From an uncultured Gammaproteobacteria bacterium (GTDB taxonomy: Bacteria > Pseudomonadota > Gammaproteobacteria > JABCZS01), in assembly GCA_964443025.1 (NCBI GenBank), contig CAYUEL010000002.1, positions 2,916-66,915 on the forward strand: 64,000 bases of DNA. The letters run 5' to 3'. The first letter of the stretch is position 1. Each line of letters begins with the position of its first letter. Of the stretch, positions 39,808 to 49,600 are shown one piece after another. The translations under genes and the position numbers were made by a program. The notes beneath the pieces were generated by a model. It ran no database searches and was not told where the DNA came from. It worked only from the letters and a program-made list of their open reading frames with translations.

Positions 39808-40653
39808 TTATTTGCGCAATGCACGCGCTGTCGTCAATAATTCTTGTACTTCCGTACTGTATTCTTTTTTAAATTGTTCAAACGCTTCTTTCTCTTCGTC
39901 CCTTAAAGTTAACACCTCAAAACAAGAGTCAGTCACTAAAATTGTGTGTTCCCATTGAGCTGAAAGTTGATTATCTTTTGTGACGACCGTCCATTGATCA
40001 TCTAGTACTTTGACATCAGGAGATCCCTGATTGATCATCGGTTCTATCGTAAAAGTCATCCCTGTTTTTAGTCTTTTACCAGTGCCTGCTTGGCCGACGT
40101 GAGGGACTCGGAGATCTTCATGCATTTTTTTACCTATGCCATGACCACAGTAATCTGTCACCACAGAATAACGGTACGCTTTTGCATGCTTGTCAATTGC
40201 AAAACCAATATCACCGATGGTCGCACCTGGTTTTACAGCAAGAATGCCTCGATATAAGCATTGCAAAGAAATATCCACCAGTTGTTTTGCCTGTGGAGAA
40301 ACGGAATCCACACAGACCATGACGCTACTGTCGCCATAATAGCCGTCTTTTCTCACTGTAATATCAAGATTAACAATATCGCCTTTGAGCAAAGGTTTTC
40401 GATTTGGCCAACCATGGCACACCACATGATTGACAGAAGTATTCACAGAATGCGGGAAACCATATTGACCTTTGCTTCCGGGTTCTGCTTTTAATGTGTT
40501 AACAATATAGTCTTCGCAAAATTCATCAATTTCAAGAGTGGTGATTCCAGGTTTTAAAATGCGTTTCGCAGCTTCTAATACTTTGGCCGTCAGCATCCCC
40601 GCAGCACGCATTTTCATAATCTCAGGAAGCATTTTAAACACTGTAAACTCCAT
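39808..40653 (-). CDS. map: Methionine aminopeptidase type I (paralog 1), first gene of the PKS operon
   Basis: It aligns end to end with E. coli Map. Metal ligands are conserved (DIVNLD-ITV D/D, HGIG His, FTIEP Glu, QWEHT Glu). ATG at 40651-40653 with GAGG 4 nt upstream. The stop TAA sits 8 nt before the PKS start. Confidence 0.9.
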   Translation of the reverse strand: MEFTVFKMLPEIMKMRAAGMLTAKVLEAAKRILKPGITTLEIDEFCEDYIVNTLKAEPGSKGQYGFPHSVNTSVNHVVCHGWPNRKPLLKGDIVNLDITVRKDGYYGDSSVMVCVDSVSPQAKQLVDISLQCLYRGILAVKPGATIGDIGFAIDKHAKAYRYSVVTDYCGHGIGKKMHEDLRVPHVGQAGTGKRLKTGMTFTIEPMINQGSPDVKVLDDQWTVVTKDNQLSAQWEHTILVTDSCFEVLTLRDEEKEAFEQFKKEYSTEVQELLTTARALRK

Positions 40654-40776
40654 TTACCTCGTGTCAATTACAAGATTATATTACCATGCAAAAATGTTAC
40701 AATAAAGCAAATTACTCTCTTAAATAAAAGAGCGATTGGCAAATATAATGTTAGATTAAAAACTAAGGAGGCTGTT

Positions 40777-41217
40777 ATGTTTTTACCTAGTCAGTATTTT
40801 ATAGGCACCCATGGAAATTCTACGGTTCAGTCTGAATTGCACCCACCGAAACAAAGCACTCCGCTTTGGAGAGCTTTTCGCGCCAATCAGGTTACACCCG
40901 AACAGACAATCACGACAAATAATGAGCAACTTGCCAAAAAACATACGCATATAAAAATACCCGAAGCGCTATTATGCAGCGTCACTCAGCAACTTATGGA
41001 TACACCGGTTGCCATTAAAAAAAATAATTATGAGGTTGAGTTTGTAGATCAACTGGTGATCACAAAAAATAATAATATTAATCCATTTACTAATTTGGAG
41101 CTCACAGCAGAAGAAATTTCAAAAGAGCAGAGTGTAGAAAAATTAAACGAGATTAATGAATTTAAAGCGCAGCATTTTAGATCCTGCATAAATATGAGAA
41201 AAATGTTTTGTTTATGA
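40777..41217 (+). CDS. Hypothetical protein (146 aa), first gene of the hyp-PPTase-AT operon
   Basis: Strong SD AAGGAGG lies 7 nt upstream of ATG 40777. The gene overlaps the PPTase start by 10 nt. No recognisable motifs. Confidence 0.5.
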   Translation: MFLPSQYFIGTHGNSTVQSELHPPKQSTPLWRAFRANQVTPEQTITTNNEQLAKKHTHIKIPEALLCSVTQQLMDTPVAIKKNNYEVEFVDQLVITKNNNINPFTNLELTAEEISKEQSVEKLNEINEFKAQHFRSCINMRKMFCL

Positions 41218-41933
41218 ACAAATATCAAACCTCCTTATCTTTGCGGCGTACAGAAGTTCACCTTCATTCTACATTATTTATTGATTCACCCGGGCAGGAA
41301 TATTTATTTGGTCATTACACAGACTTTCTCAGCACTGAAGAAGAACTATATTTTAGAAAATTAAAATACGAGAAAAGACAATACAGTTATCTGCTAGGAC
41401 GATATTGTGCTAAAAAAGCACTTTCTATGTGGCCATTTCACCAAAATCCCAAAACATGCACTATTTCATCCGGTATATTTTCTCAACCCATCCTGACAAC
41501 ACCCGATGTGAGAAATATCCAAACTTGTATAACACATTCTTCATTTCTAGGGGGCGCTATTGCATTTCCAGAGCAACATCCGATGGGACTTGATCTAGAG
41601 CCTATTAATCCTGACAAAGAAGAAATTTTAAATAGTCAAATGACAACACACGAGGTGGAGAAATTTTCTGAATTGCCTTTGGTCAGCATCGATCGGATGA
41701 CTTTGCTTTGGGTCATGAAAGAAGCATTATCAAAAGTGCTTCGCACTGGATTAACTATTCCATTTGAACTTTTAGAAATAGAATCCATAACAATAGATGG
41801 AGATTATATTTACAGTACATATAAAAATTTTCCGCAATATCAAGCGTGTTCTTTTCAAATACGAGATCATTTTTGTGCGCTAGCATATCCAAGAAAAACC
41901 ACTTTAATGTTTGACCAAAAACATCATGAATAA
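41208..41933 (+). CDS. Sfp-type 4'-phosphopantetheinyl transferase
   Basis: GLDLEPI (the GxD(L/I)E motif) and WVMKEALSKVLRTGL (the W..KEA..K motif). It overlaps both neighbouring genes. Confidence 0.75.
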   Translation: MFMNKYQTSLSLRRTEVHLHSTLFIDSPGQEYLFGHYTDFLSTEEELYFRKLKYEKRQYSYLLGRYCAKKALSMWPFHQNPKTCTISSGIFSQPILTTPDVRNIQTCITHSSFLGGAIAFPEQHPMGLDLEPINPDKEEILNSQMTTHEVEKFSELPLVSIDRMTLLWVMKEALSKVLRTGLTIPFELLEIESITIDGDYIYSTYKNFPQYQACSFQIRDHFCALAYPRKTTLMFDQKHHE

Positions 41934-42873
41934 AATATTTTTATTTCCAGGTCAAGGCTGTCAATATTATCACATGGGCAAACAACTCTATCAGGATTCT
42001 TCTGTATTTAAGGAATGGATTGATTATGGTGATCGTTTATGTCTGCAATTTATAAAAAAATCAGTCTGGGATACGGTCTGCCATCCACAATTTAAACCCA
42101 GCGATCCGCTATTGTGCATTCTTACAACACATCCCGCTATTTTTATCTTTGAATATGCAATGGTGCAATTTTTAGAAAGTAAAGGCATCACCCCAGATAG
42201 TGTTCTCGGTTCAAGCTTGGGAGAATTTGCAGCATCCGTGTGCGCAGAAAGAATAAGCTATCAACACGCATTAGAAGGCATTATTCATCAAGCACAAACC
42301 ATTTCGCATCTATGCGAACAAGGTGGAATGCTCGCAATACTTTCTCAGGTGGAACTGTACGAGACTGAAAAAACACTGTTTGAAAACAGCGAGATTGCAT
42401 CAGTAAATTTTAATGATGGTTTTGTCGTATCTGGTATACATTCGCGGTTACAACACATTCAAAATGAACTAAAGTCAAAAAAAATTCCATGTCAGTTATT
42501 GCCTGTTTTATATGCATTTCACTCAAGACATATTGAATACGCCAAAGATTTGCATCTTAATTTTTTAACTCAAATCCCGATGAAAAGGGCGCAGATCCCC
42601 TATATTTCAACTCTTGATCACCCTAAAGATCATCATCCAGAAAATGCATCTTATTTCTGGAGGGTTGCGCGCGAGGCGATGAACATTAAAAAAACCATTG
42701 CTGATTTAGAGAAAAACATGAGTTCACTATATATTGATTTAGGACCATCAGGGACATTTGCTAATATCGTTAAATATAATTTACAACCCCATTCTCAATC
42801 CAAAACTGTGTGCACCATCAATCCCTATGAAAACAACCTTAAAAGTATTGAAAAATTATTGGCGCTCTTTTAA
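41911..42873 (+). CDS. Free-standing FabD-like acyltransferase / acyl hydrolase (second trans-AT)
   Basis: FPGQGCQ, nucleophile elbow GSSLGEF (Ser replaces the usual His of GHSxG), distal YAFHSRHI. Confidence 0.75.
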   Translation: MTKNIMNKIFLFPGQGCQYYHMGKQLYQDSSVFKEWIDYGDRLCLQFIKKSVWDTVCHPQFKPSDPLLCILTTHPAIFIFEYAMVQFLESKGITPDSVLGSSLGEFAASVCAERISYQHALEGIIHQAQTISHLCEQGGMLAILSQVELYETEKTLFENSEIASVNFNDGFVVSGIHSRLQHIQNELKSKKIPCQLLPVLYAFHSRHIEYAKDLHLNFLTQIPMKRAQIPYISTLDHPKDHHPENASYFWRVAREAMNIKKTIADLEKNMSSLYIDLGPSGTFANIVKYNLQPHSQSKTVCTINPYENNLKSIEKLLALF

Positions 42874-43608
42874 GCGTTCAATATTTTTTAGCACTTCATC
42901 TTGAAAAAAAGTTACTTCATGCATGGACAGTTCTCGCTCAATATATTGCTGTAAAGTGGGTAAAACCATTAAGCGAAAATGTTCTTTGAGTTTTAAGAGT
43001 GAAATACGTGGCTTATCTGCCATTTGATGTGCAACAGACATAGCCGACTCTACCACATCCGCTCGATCTAGCACTTCAATACCCAACTGTCTTGTTTTTA
43101 ATTCCTCACCATAAAAATTTTTTGCGGTATATAACATTTCCCGGCCAAGCGTTTCACCAAATACTTTTGGAATAATATAAGTAGAACCAAATCCTGGAGT
43201 AAATCCATAACTCATAAAGTTTGCACTATAAATGGATTGTCTCGCTAAAATAATCACATCGGCAAAACATCCCATGGCTAAACCACCGCCTAAAGCATGG
43301 CCCTGCATGGCGCTAATCACAGGAACAGCACAGTTGAGCAAAATATCATGAATTTTTAAATCAGTAAAATTGCATTTTTTTTCATAAATACTCAACAATT
43401 CTTCTTGTGTTCCACCGCAACAGAAATAGTTATCATATCCGTGCAGTACCACCACTTTAATCTGTTCATCTTGATTGATGTGCTGAAAAGCCAAAATAAG
43501 TCCTTTTCTAAGATCTAAAGAAAACATATTGTGATTTTCTCGATCTTCCATAGAGACTCGGGCAATATGCTTGTTCACATAGAGCTTAACAACATGATTT
43601 ATGTCCAT
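42856..43608 (-). CDS. Enoyl-CoA hydratase/crotonase family, beta-branching ECH (PksI-like decarboxylase)
   Basis: Crotonase fold (VVLHGYDNYFCCGGTQEEL, GHALGGGLAM). Last gene of the accessory minus-strand operon. Confidence 0.7.
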   Translation of the reverse strand: MDINHVVKLYVNKHIARVSMEDRENHNMFSLDLRKGLILAFQHINQDEQIKVVVLHGYDNYFCCGGTQEELLSIYEKKCNFTDLKIHDILLNCAVPVISAMQGHALGGGLAMGCFADVIILARQSIYSANFMSYGFTPGFGSTYIIPKVFGETLGREMLYTAKNFYGEELKTRQLGIEVLDRADVVESAMSVAHQMADKPRISLLKLKEHFRLMVLPTLQQYIERELSMHEVTFFQDEVLKNIERLKERQ

Positions 43609-44378
43609 GGTAATTTATCTTCTCGAATGTATTGAAGAATGGCAGATTGAACTTGCTTGTCTTTAATTATTTCACTGGCGGTATTAATTGCGATATTCTC
43701 CATGGCTTCATTCACAATCCATATTTGTCTAAAATAATTTTTAAGGTTTTTAATCGTATTGAATTTTAATAAACGTAAGCGATGCAAGTATTTTTCAATT
43801 ACGCGTTGCGGATCTTCGGCAATTTCATCAATTAAACCAATTTGTTTTGCATCTGCAGAAGAAAATGTGTGACTCATCAACGCCATTTTATACGTGTTTT
43901 GAAAACCAATTTTTCTAATTAGATAAGGCGCAACGCATGCAGGTAATAACCCCCACAACGCTTCAGGTAAACCAAACCGTGACTTTGTCGATGCCACAAC
44001 CAAATCGCTTACAGCAATAATCCCCATTCCCCCGCCAAGCACCACTCCATTCACTTGGCTAACCACAATCTTGGGTAAACAAGACAGGGTTTTAATCAGT
44101 TCCATGTATTTTTTAGACAATAAGACATTTGAATCGGTTTCCTGATTGATGATTTTATTTGCTGCATCAGCCAAATCTAAGCCAGTGCAAAAATAAGATT
44201 CATTTCCTTTGATAAGAATCACTTTATATTGCTCATTTTCTTCGAGTTGGTTTAGAACAAATAAAAGCTCATCTATTAGCGTTTCATTCATGCTGTTTTG
44301 ATTTTCAGCACGATTCATTGTGATTTGGTAAACATCACCTTTCTCGTCACATTGAATTGTTTTAAAATTTTTAATCAT
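43599..44378 (-). CDS. Enoyl-CoA hydratase/crotonase family, beta-branching ECH (PksH-like dehydratase)
   Basis: Crotonase fold (ILIKGNESYFCTGLDL, GVVLGGGMGI). It overlaps both neighbours. Confidence 0.7.
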   Translation of the reverse strand: MIKNFKTIQCDEKGDVYQITMNRAENQNSMNETLIDELLFVLNQLEENEQYKVILIKGNESYFCTGLDLADAANKIINQETDSNVLLSKKYMELIKTLSCLPKIVVSQVNGVVLGGGMGIIAVSDLVVASTKSRFGLPEALWGLLPACVAPYLIRKIGFQNTYKMALMSHTFSSADAKQIGLIDEIAEDPQRVIEKYLHRLRLLKFNTIKNLKNYFRQIWIVNEAMENIAINTASEIIKDKQVQSAILQYIREDKLPWT

Positions 44379-45636
44379 ATTTTTTAACTAAAATTGACGA
44401 GTTGATTCCACCAAACCCAAATGAATTTGACAAAGCATAAGAAACATTTTCCTGATCATTGAGATTAAATTTCCATGAGCAATCCTGAGAAAGTGGATTA
44501 ACCAGGTTTTTATTTTCATGAATATACCCTCCTCGCATTTGTAAAATCGTCGCAATGATTTCAACAACACCTGCCGAAAATAAACAATGACCTGTCAGCG
44601 ATTTTGTAGAGTTAATAAAAAGATTATGGATATGATGAGAAAATACACTCTTAATTGCATCGATCTCAGCTTGATCGCCAATAGTTGAGGAAGTTCCGTG
44701 TGCGTTTACATAATTGATTTCTTCAGGTTGAATTTTTGCTTCAAACATACACTTTCGCATTACTCGTTCTTCGCCTTGCTGATCAGGCTGGGTAGATTTA
44801 TTGCCATCTAGCAGAATAATTCCATGCACTAGTTGAGCCAGTGCCACTCCCCCTCGTTTTTCCATGGATTGCTTTGATTCTAAAATAAGACACCCTGTAC
44901 CTTGACCATAAATAAAACCTTCGCGTTGCTGATCAAAAGGACGGCACGCAAGCTCGGGTGTTTGGTAAAAACTTTTTCCACCCATTGCGCCGATCTGATC
45001 CATCGCTTGGATGGCTAACGGCGAAAGTTCTGATAAGGCGCCAATGACTAAGCAAACCTCTAATTTTCCGAATTGGATCAATTCCATCGCTTTGATAATT
45101 GCCACATTGCCACTTGCTGATGCACCGTTTGCTGCAAATCCTTGACCATGGATTGTCAATAGTTCGCTGATCGTTCCCACGTGATCGGTTTCAAGTGCAT
45201 GAATAGGATATTTAGGTGAAACAAATTGTGGTTTGCTTTGAAATTTTAAGTTCGCCTGGTATTGAAAATGTTGTAAGGTTTGATCAGCAGCCACTACAAT
45301 ACCGATTTGATCACTTTCAGGTGTTAAAGTCTCCAGGCCTGCCATGATCCATGCCTCGAGTGCAGTTAAAACAGAAGTTTGGACGGGCAATGGAGCCCTT
45401 GCTGAATCTTGTGCACGGTTTTGTATTTGCTCTTGAATTTTTGCAAATTGCCCTAAACGCTCAAGATAGGAAAATTCTTGTAGCGGCGCATAAACGGTTT
45501 TGATTTCATGATGATTAACCACTTCATGGTATTGTTTAAAATGCGTGATACCTCGACGCAAGGATTGATCAAAATCAGGAATGGTATTGCCATTAGAGGA
45601 TTGCACACCCATACCTGTGACATAAACCTCCTTCAA
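44371..45636 (-). CDS. Free-standing decarboxylating ketosynthase (KS-S, PksF/MupG-like) of the beta-branching cassette
   Basis: FabF-like. The active-site Cys is replaced by Ser (ANGASASGNVAI versus TACASG). Both His motifs are retained (NAHGTSST, TGHCLFSAG). Confidence 0.8.
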   Translation of the reverse strand: MKEVYVTGMGVQSSNGNTIPDFDQSLRRGITHFKQYHEVVNHHEIKTVYAPLQEFSYLERLGQFAKIQEQIQNRAQDSARAPLPVQTSVLTALEAWIMAGLETLTPESDQIGIVVAADQTLQHFQYQANLKFQSKPQFVSPKYPIHALETDHVGTISELLTIHGQGFAANGASASGNVAIIKAMELIQFGKLEVCLVIGALSELSPLAIQAMDQIGAMGGKSFYQTPELACRPFDQQREGFIYGQGTGCLILESKQSMEKRGGVALAQLVHGIILLDGNKSTQPDQQGEERVMRKCMFEAKIQPEEINYVNAHGTSSTIGDQAEIDAIKSVFSHHIHNLFINSTKSLTGHCLFSAGVVEIIATILQMRGGYIHENKNLVNPLSQDCSWKFNLNDQENVSYALSNSFGFGGINSSILVKKYD

Positions 45637-45908
45637 TTATGGATTCCTTCTTGAGAAATAAGTGTCACAAGCTCTTGAATAGTGTTTGCCTTGGTTAATT
45701 TCACAAGGGGGATGTTGAGTTCTAATTTTTCAAGCGTCAACATGATAATTTCCAAACGATCAACTGAGTTTGCACCTAAGTCTTGCAATGGACGATTAAA
45801 CTCAATTTCTGTCAATTGAGGAAACACACTCAAAATACTGTTTTTCAGTGCCGCAAGTACAATAGACTTTTCCATGTTACCTCCACTCATAAATTCGATG
45901 GAATTCAT
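45633..45908 (-). CDS. Discrete donor acyl carrier protein (AcpK-like)
   Basis: 91 aa with DLGANSVDRLEI (Ser attachment site). It lies between the KS-S and the HMG-CoA synthase homolog. Confidence 0.7.
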   Translation of the reverse strand: MNSIEFMSGGNMEKSIVLAALKNSILSVFPQLTEIEFNRPLQDLGANSVDRLEIIMLTLEKLELNIPLVKLTKANTIQELVTLISQEGIHN

Positions 45909-47136
45909 TAATTTCTTTCAAATAAAGGCGCTTTTCATTTAGTTTTGATAAATAACTATAAGGAATAACGTCACTATGAATTTGGACATTGCGAGTGCCG
46001 AATTTAACCATTTGGCTGGTACGCAGAATTTTTTCATAATCACTGATACTTAATTTAAATCGCTTAGATAAATGAGGTTCAATCTGCATCTGTTTGAGCG
46101 TTTGATGTGACTGCAACGTCACAATACCGCTATAAAATTCTGAGCAACATCCAGAGCCATATGAAAATATTCCTATACGTTTGGGTTTGTTGTACTCCCC
46201 ATTTTCTATCGTGCTGGCTAAAGATAAAAATACCGTTGCCCCCATAATATTACCAACGCGTTGACAATAATTGACCCCCGCTTCTACCCGTTGCGTATAA
46301 TCTTGTTCAATATCTTCCAATGGCATTTTGTAAAGCTTTCTCATCATGCTGCGATGTGCGCCTTTGACCATACCGCCGAACGGTGTATGAAATGACAAAT
46401 AGCCAAAACTCTGTAAATAATCTGCTCCTGAAACTTTGCGTTGGTAAGCTAGAAAAGCTTGTTCACAACAATCTAGATAAGAGCTCAACGATAAATCAGA
46501 GTCTCCTGCTTCACTGTCTGGTACAGGCCTACAAGTATCCATGACTTCATAACCATAGTATCCGTTGGCGCCCACATCCACATGAAAGACTTTGGGTTTT
46601 TCACTGACCAATAATGCAACTGCGCCAGCACCAGAGCTAGGTTCTGCGAATGACCATTCCATATTAATTACATCGCTACCGTCGACAACCATAAATCGAG
46701 AAATATCTGTTGCCACCACCAGTGCTTTTGCTCCCGGCGAAGTCTGCGATAAAATAAAATGAATCGCCATTTGAAATCCAGCTGTACCAGAATAACAGGC
46801 TTGTTTTATTTCGAACATTCGGCAATGTTTGCTTAAGCCCAAATAATCATGAATATAAGTGCTCATAGACTTGCCAAAATCAATACCAGATTCTGTGCAA
46901 GTAATTAATAACTCAATCTGATTTTTTTCTTCTGCAGTTAATTGATCAATCAAAGGTTTTGCCGCATTGACTGCAAATGTCACAGGATCTTCAAATGGTA
47001 GCGAAACTGATTTCTCTTTCATTAATAAATTTGAAAAGCGACCCATATTGAGATTTCGATATTCCGCAAGTTCGGTGACATCTAAAACTGCCGTGCCACC
47101 AAACACATTCATTGATTCAATTCCAACTGCAGGCAT
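45877..47136 (-). CDS. HMG-CoA synthase homolog (HCS, PksG-like) for polyketide beta-branching
   Basis: HMGS family. Active-site Cys context KQACYSGTAGFQ, plus EPSSGAGAVALLVS. Confidence 0.85.
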   Translation of the reverse strand: MPAVGIESMNVFGGTAVLDVTELAEYRNLNMGRFSNLLMKEKSVSLPFEDPVTFAVNAAKPLIDQLTAEEKNQIELLITCTESGIDFGKSMSTYIHDYLGLSKHCRMFEIKQACYSGTAGFQMAIHFILSQTSPGAKALVVATDISRFMVVDGSDVINMEWSFAEPSSGAGAVALLVSEKPKVFHVDVGANGYYGYEVMDTCRPVPDSEAGDSDLSLSSYLDCCEQAFLAYQRKVSGADYLQSFGYLSFHTPFGGMVKGAHRSMMRKLYKMPLEDIEQDYTQRVEAGVNYCQRVGNIMGATVFLSLASTIENGEYNKPKRIGIFSYGSGCCSEFYSGIVTLQSHQTLKQMQIEPHLSKRFKLSISDYEKILRTSQMVKFGTRNVQIHSDVIPYSYLSKLNEKRLYLKEINEFHRIYEWR

Positions 47137-47144
47137 AATTAACC

Positions 47145-48383
47145 TTATAAATTCGGATAAACAATTACTGTCTCATACCCATTTAATGTAGGCACTGATT
47201 TTCTTTTAAGAGAAGAATGAGGGCAGAGAGTCATATTGGGAAATGCTTCAAGAATCTTTTTAAATGCAATTTCCGCTTCTAATCGTGCAAGCGGCGCTCC
47301 TAAACAAAGATGAATGCCTCCACCAAACGCATAATGCTTGCCCTCCTTTCTTTCAACATTAAACATATGAGGGCAAGAAAATACTTCAGGATCACGATTG
47401 GCAGCCGCAATCATCAAGGATAATGTCTCACCTTTGGGTATAGTGATTCCATCAATTTCAGTTGTTTCAGCACATACTCGAGGCACTTCCGTAGCAGGGC
47501 TATCATACCTAAGCATTTCTTCTATGGCTTGCGGCATTAAATTCAAATTGTTTTTTAGCTTTTCAAATTGATCTGGGTTTTGCAATAATGCTACCATACC
47601 ATTACCCAATAGGTCCGTGGTCGTCACATTGCCAGCAACAATAAATATCACACAGGTAGTGATAATCTCTTCGACAGTTAAGTCTCCCATTTCTTGTTCA
47701 TGCGCATTAATCAAATTAGTCATAAAATCATCTTGCGGATTTTTTCTGCGATCAGCTATCATTTGTTTGAAATACTCACCCACTGCTAAGTGAGCAGCAA
47801 AAACTTTTTTCATGCCTTCTTCATCAATAGCAGGATCAACGGATTGAACAAGCTGATCGGACCACTCTTTAAATTGCTTATGTTGACCTTCTTCAATACC
47901 TAATACATAAGCCATCACGCGCGTGGGAAGTAAATATGAAAACTCAGCAATAAAATCAAACTGTGTTTTATGTTTAACGTTAGCAATGATTTCATCCACA
48001 ATGCTTTCAATGCGTTGACGAAAACATTCTATTTCTCTTGGATTAAATGCTTTGTAAAGAAGACTGCGTTGCCGGTGATGTTCTTGGCCATCCATGTCTA
48101 GTAAACCTAACGATCCAATTTGTTGGCCCATTTTCCAAGCAAAAGTATCTTCATTGGCATATTTTTGCCAATTTCTGACACAAACGGTCTTGTTATGAAA
48201 GATTTCACGAATGTAATTTGCCTTAGTGACCACAAAACGTTTTAATTCATCATCGACTAAGATTGGCGCGTGCTCTCTAAGTTCATCAAAAATTTCATGC
48301 ATGCCATCTCTAAATCGCTCATTTTGAGGAAATAAAGCACTTCCTTTTGGCAAATTTTTAGTTTTTACGTCCTTGATACTCAT
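47145..48383 (-). CDS. Cytochrome P450
   Basis: Heme loop FGGGIHLCLGAPLA, EMLRYD (ExxR). ATG 48381-48383 with AGGGA upstream. Confidence 0.9.
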   Translation of the reverse strand: MSIKDVKTKNLPKGSALFPQNERFRDGMHEIFDELREHAPILVDDELKRFVVTKANYIREIFHNKTVCVRNWQKYANEDTFAWKMGQQIGSLGLLDMDGQEHHRQRSLLYKAFNPREIECFRQRIESIVDEIIANVKHKTQFDFIAEFSYLLPTRVMAYVLGIEEGQHKQFKEWSDQLVQSVDPAIDEEGMKKVFAAHLAVGEYFKQMIADRRKNPQDDFMTNLINAHEQEMGDLTVEEIITTCVIFIVAGNVTTTDLLGNGMVALLQNPDQFEKLKNNLNLMPQAIEEMLRYDSPATEVPRVCAETTEIDGITIPKGETLSLMIAAANRDPEVFSCPHMFNVERKEGKHYAFGGGIHLCLGAPLARLEAEIAFKKILEAFPNMTLCPHSSLKRKSVPTLNGYETVIVYPNL

Positions 48384-48391
48384 ATGTATCC

Positions 48392-49600
48392 CTATCGAGT
48401 TGATAGTATAATTTTTTTGTATCCACTAAATGTGGGTACGGATTTTCGCTCTAGCGGTTCTGCCAGTTTCAAAACTGGAAATGCTTTTAGAATCTTTCCA
48501 AATGTAATTTCTATTTCCATGCGCGCTAAATGGACGCCCAAACAAAAATGAGCGCCACCACCAAAAGCTAAATGCGTAGATTCTTGCCTTTCAATATTGA
48601 ACTGATGGGGGCATTGATAAGCTTTCGGATCACGATTTACGCCTGCAAGATTGAGCGTCAACGTTTGCCCTTTGTCAATAGGAACACCTTCCACATTGAC
48701 TTTATCGTAACAAAAACGAGGAATTTCAGTAACTGGAGGATCAAATCGTAGCATCTCTTCAACTGCCAGGGGCATCAAATGGGGATTCGCGCGCAATTTT
48801 TCGAGCTGGTCGGGATTTTGTAACAATGCCACCATGCCATTGCCAATAAGATCTGCAGAGGTTATATTTCCAGCAACAATCAGCTGCAAACAAATCGTCG
48901 CCACTTCTTCTGAAGATAATTTTTCAACACCATCGCCATCATGAATCAGACGTGACATTAAATCATCTCGCCTTTCTAAGGTGCGAGCTTGTACGGTTTT
49001 ATTAAAATATTCGTTTAAGTTTGCATTGGCTGCTTTTGCCAGTTCAAACTTTTCAGGGGATACATCAGGATCACAAATATAAACCCATTCATCAGACCAT
49101 TGCTTAAATTTTGCTTGATCTTGTTTATCAACTCCTAAAATTTCAGCCATAATCATGGTCGGTAAAGGTGCGGCAATAGCTCGTATAAAATCAAACTTTT
49201 CTTGATCTTTGACCTGGTCAATCAGCTCATCCGCAATCGCTTCAAGTTTAGCTCTTAACGGTTCAACGGCTTTGGGTGTAAACGTTTTTGACACTAAGCT
49301 GCGAAGATGATGATGTTTTTCACCATCTTCATCTACCATTCCAAATTTACCATTGCGCGGAGATACAGTTTTCCCCCAAGTGCCTTCAGCGGCCACTTCC
49401 CAATCGCGCCCACAATGAGCTAGATCTTTAAATACTTTACGTGCAGCATCGTATGAAGTCACAACCCAACGTTGAAACACATTATCTTTATACACTGGGG
49501 CCACTTCTCGTATTTCATCTAGGACATCGTGCATACGATTGCGATAACGCTCATCTTGAGCAGTAAGTTGATTTCCTTCGGGTAGCTTTTTGTGGCTCAT
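48392..49600 (-). CDS. Cytochrome P450 (tandem paralog)
   Basis: Heme loop FGGGAHFCLGVHLA, EMLRFD. Likely start is ATG 49598-49600 (MSHKKL) with GAGAGG 5 nt upstream. The ORF extends to 49654. Confidence 0.9.
   Translation of the reverse strand: MSHKKLPEGNQLTAQDERYRNRMHDVLDEIREVAPVYKDNVFQRWVVTSYDAARKVFKDLAHCGRDWEVAAEGTWGKTVSPRNGKFGMVDEDGEKHHHLRSLVSKTFTPKAVEPLRAKLEAIADELIDQVKDQEKFDFIRAIAAPLPTMIMAEILGVDKQDQAKFKQWSDEWVYICDPDVSPEKFELAKAANANLNEYFNKTVQARTLERRDDLMSRLIHDGDGVEKLSSEEVATICLQLIVAGNITSADLIGNGMVALLQNPDQLEKLRANPHLMPLAVEEMLRFDPPVTEIPRFCYDKVNVEGVPIDKGQTLTLNLAGVNRDPKAYQCPHQFNIERQESTHLAFGGGAHFCLGVHLARMEIEITFGKILKAFPVLKLAEPLERKSVPTFSGYKKIILSTR

Noticed and set aside
2940-39958. Dozens of 60-116-aa ORFs on the plus strand inside the ABC, AT-ER and PKS genes (e.g. 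4703..4921, 5400..5750, 25095..25445, 35273..35614)
   Set aside because: They are fully overlapped by long minus-strand genes with strong domain evidence, and have no motifs or translation signals. These are spurious frames.
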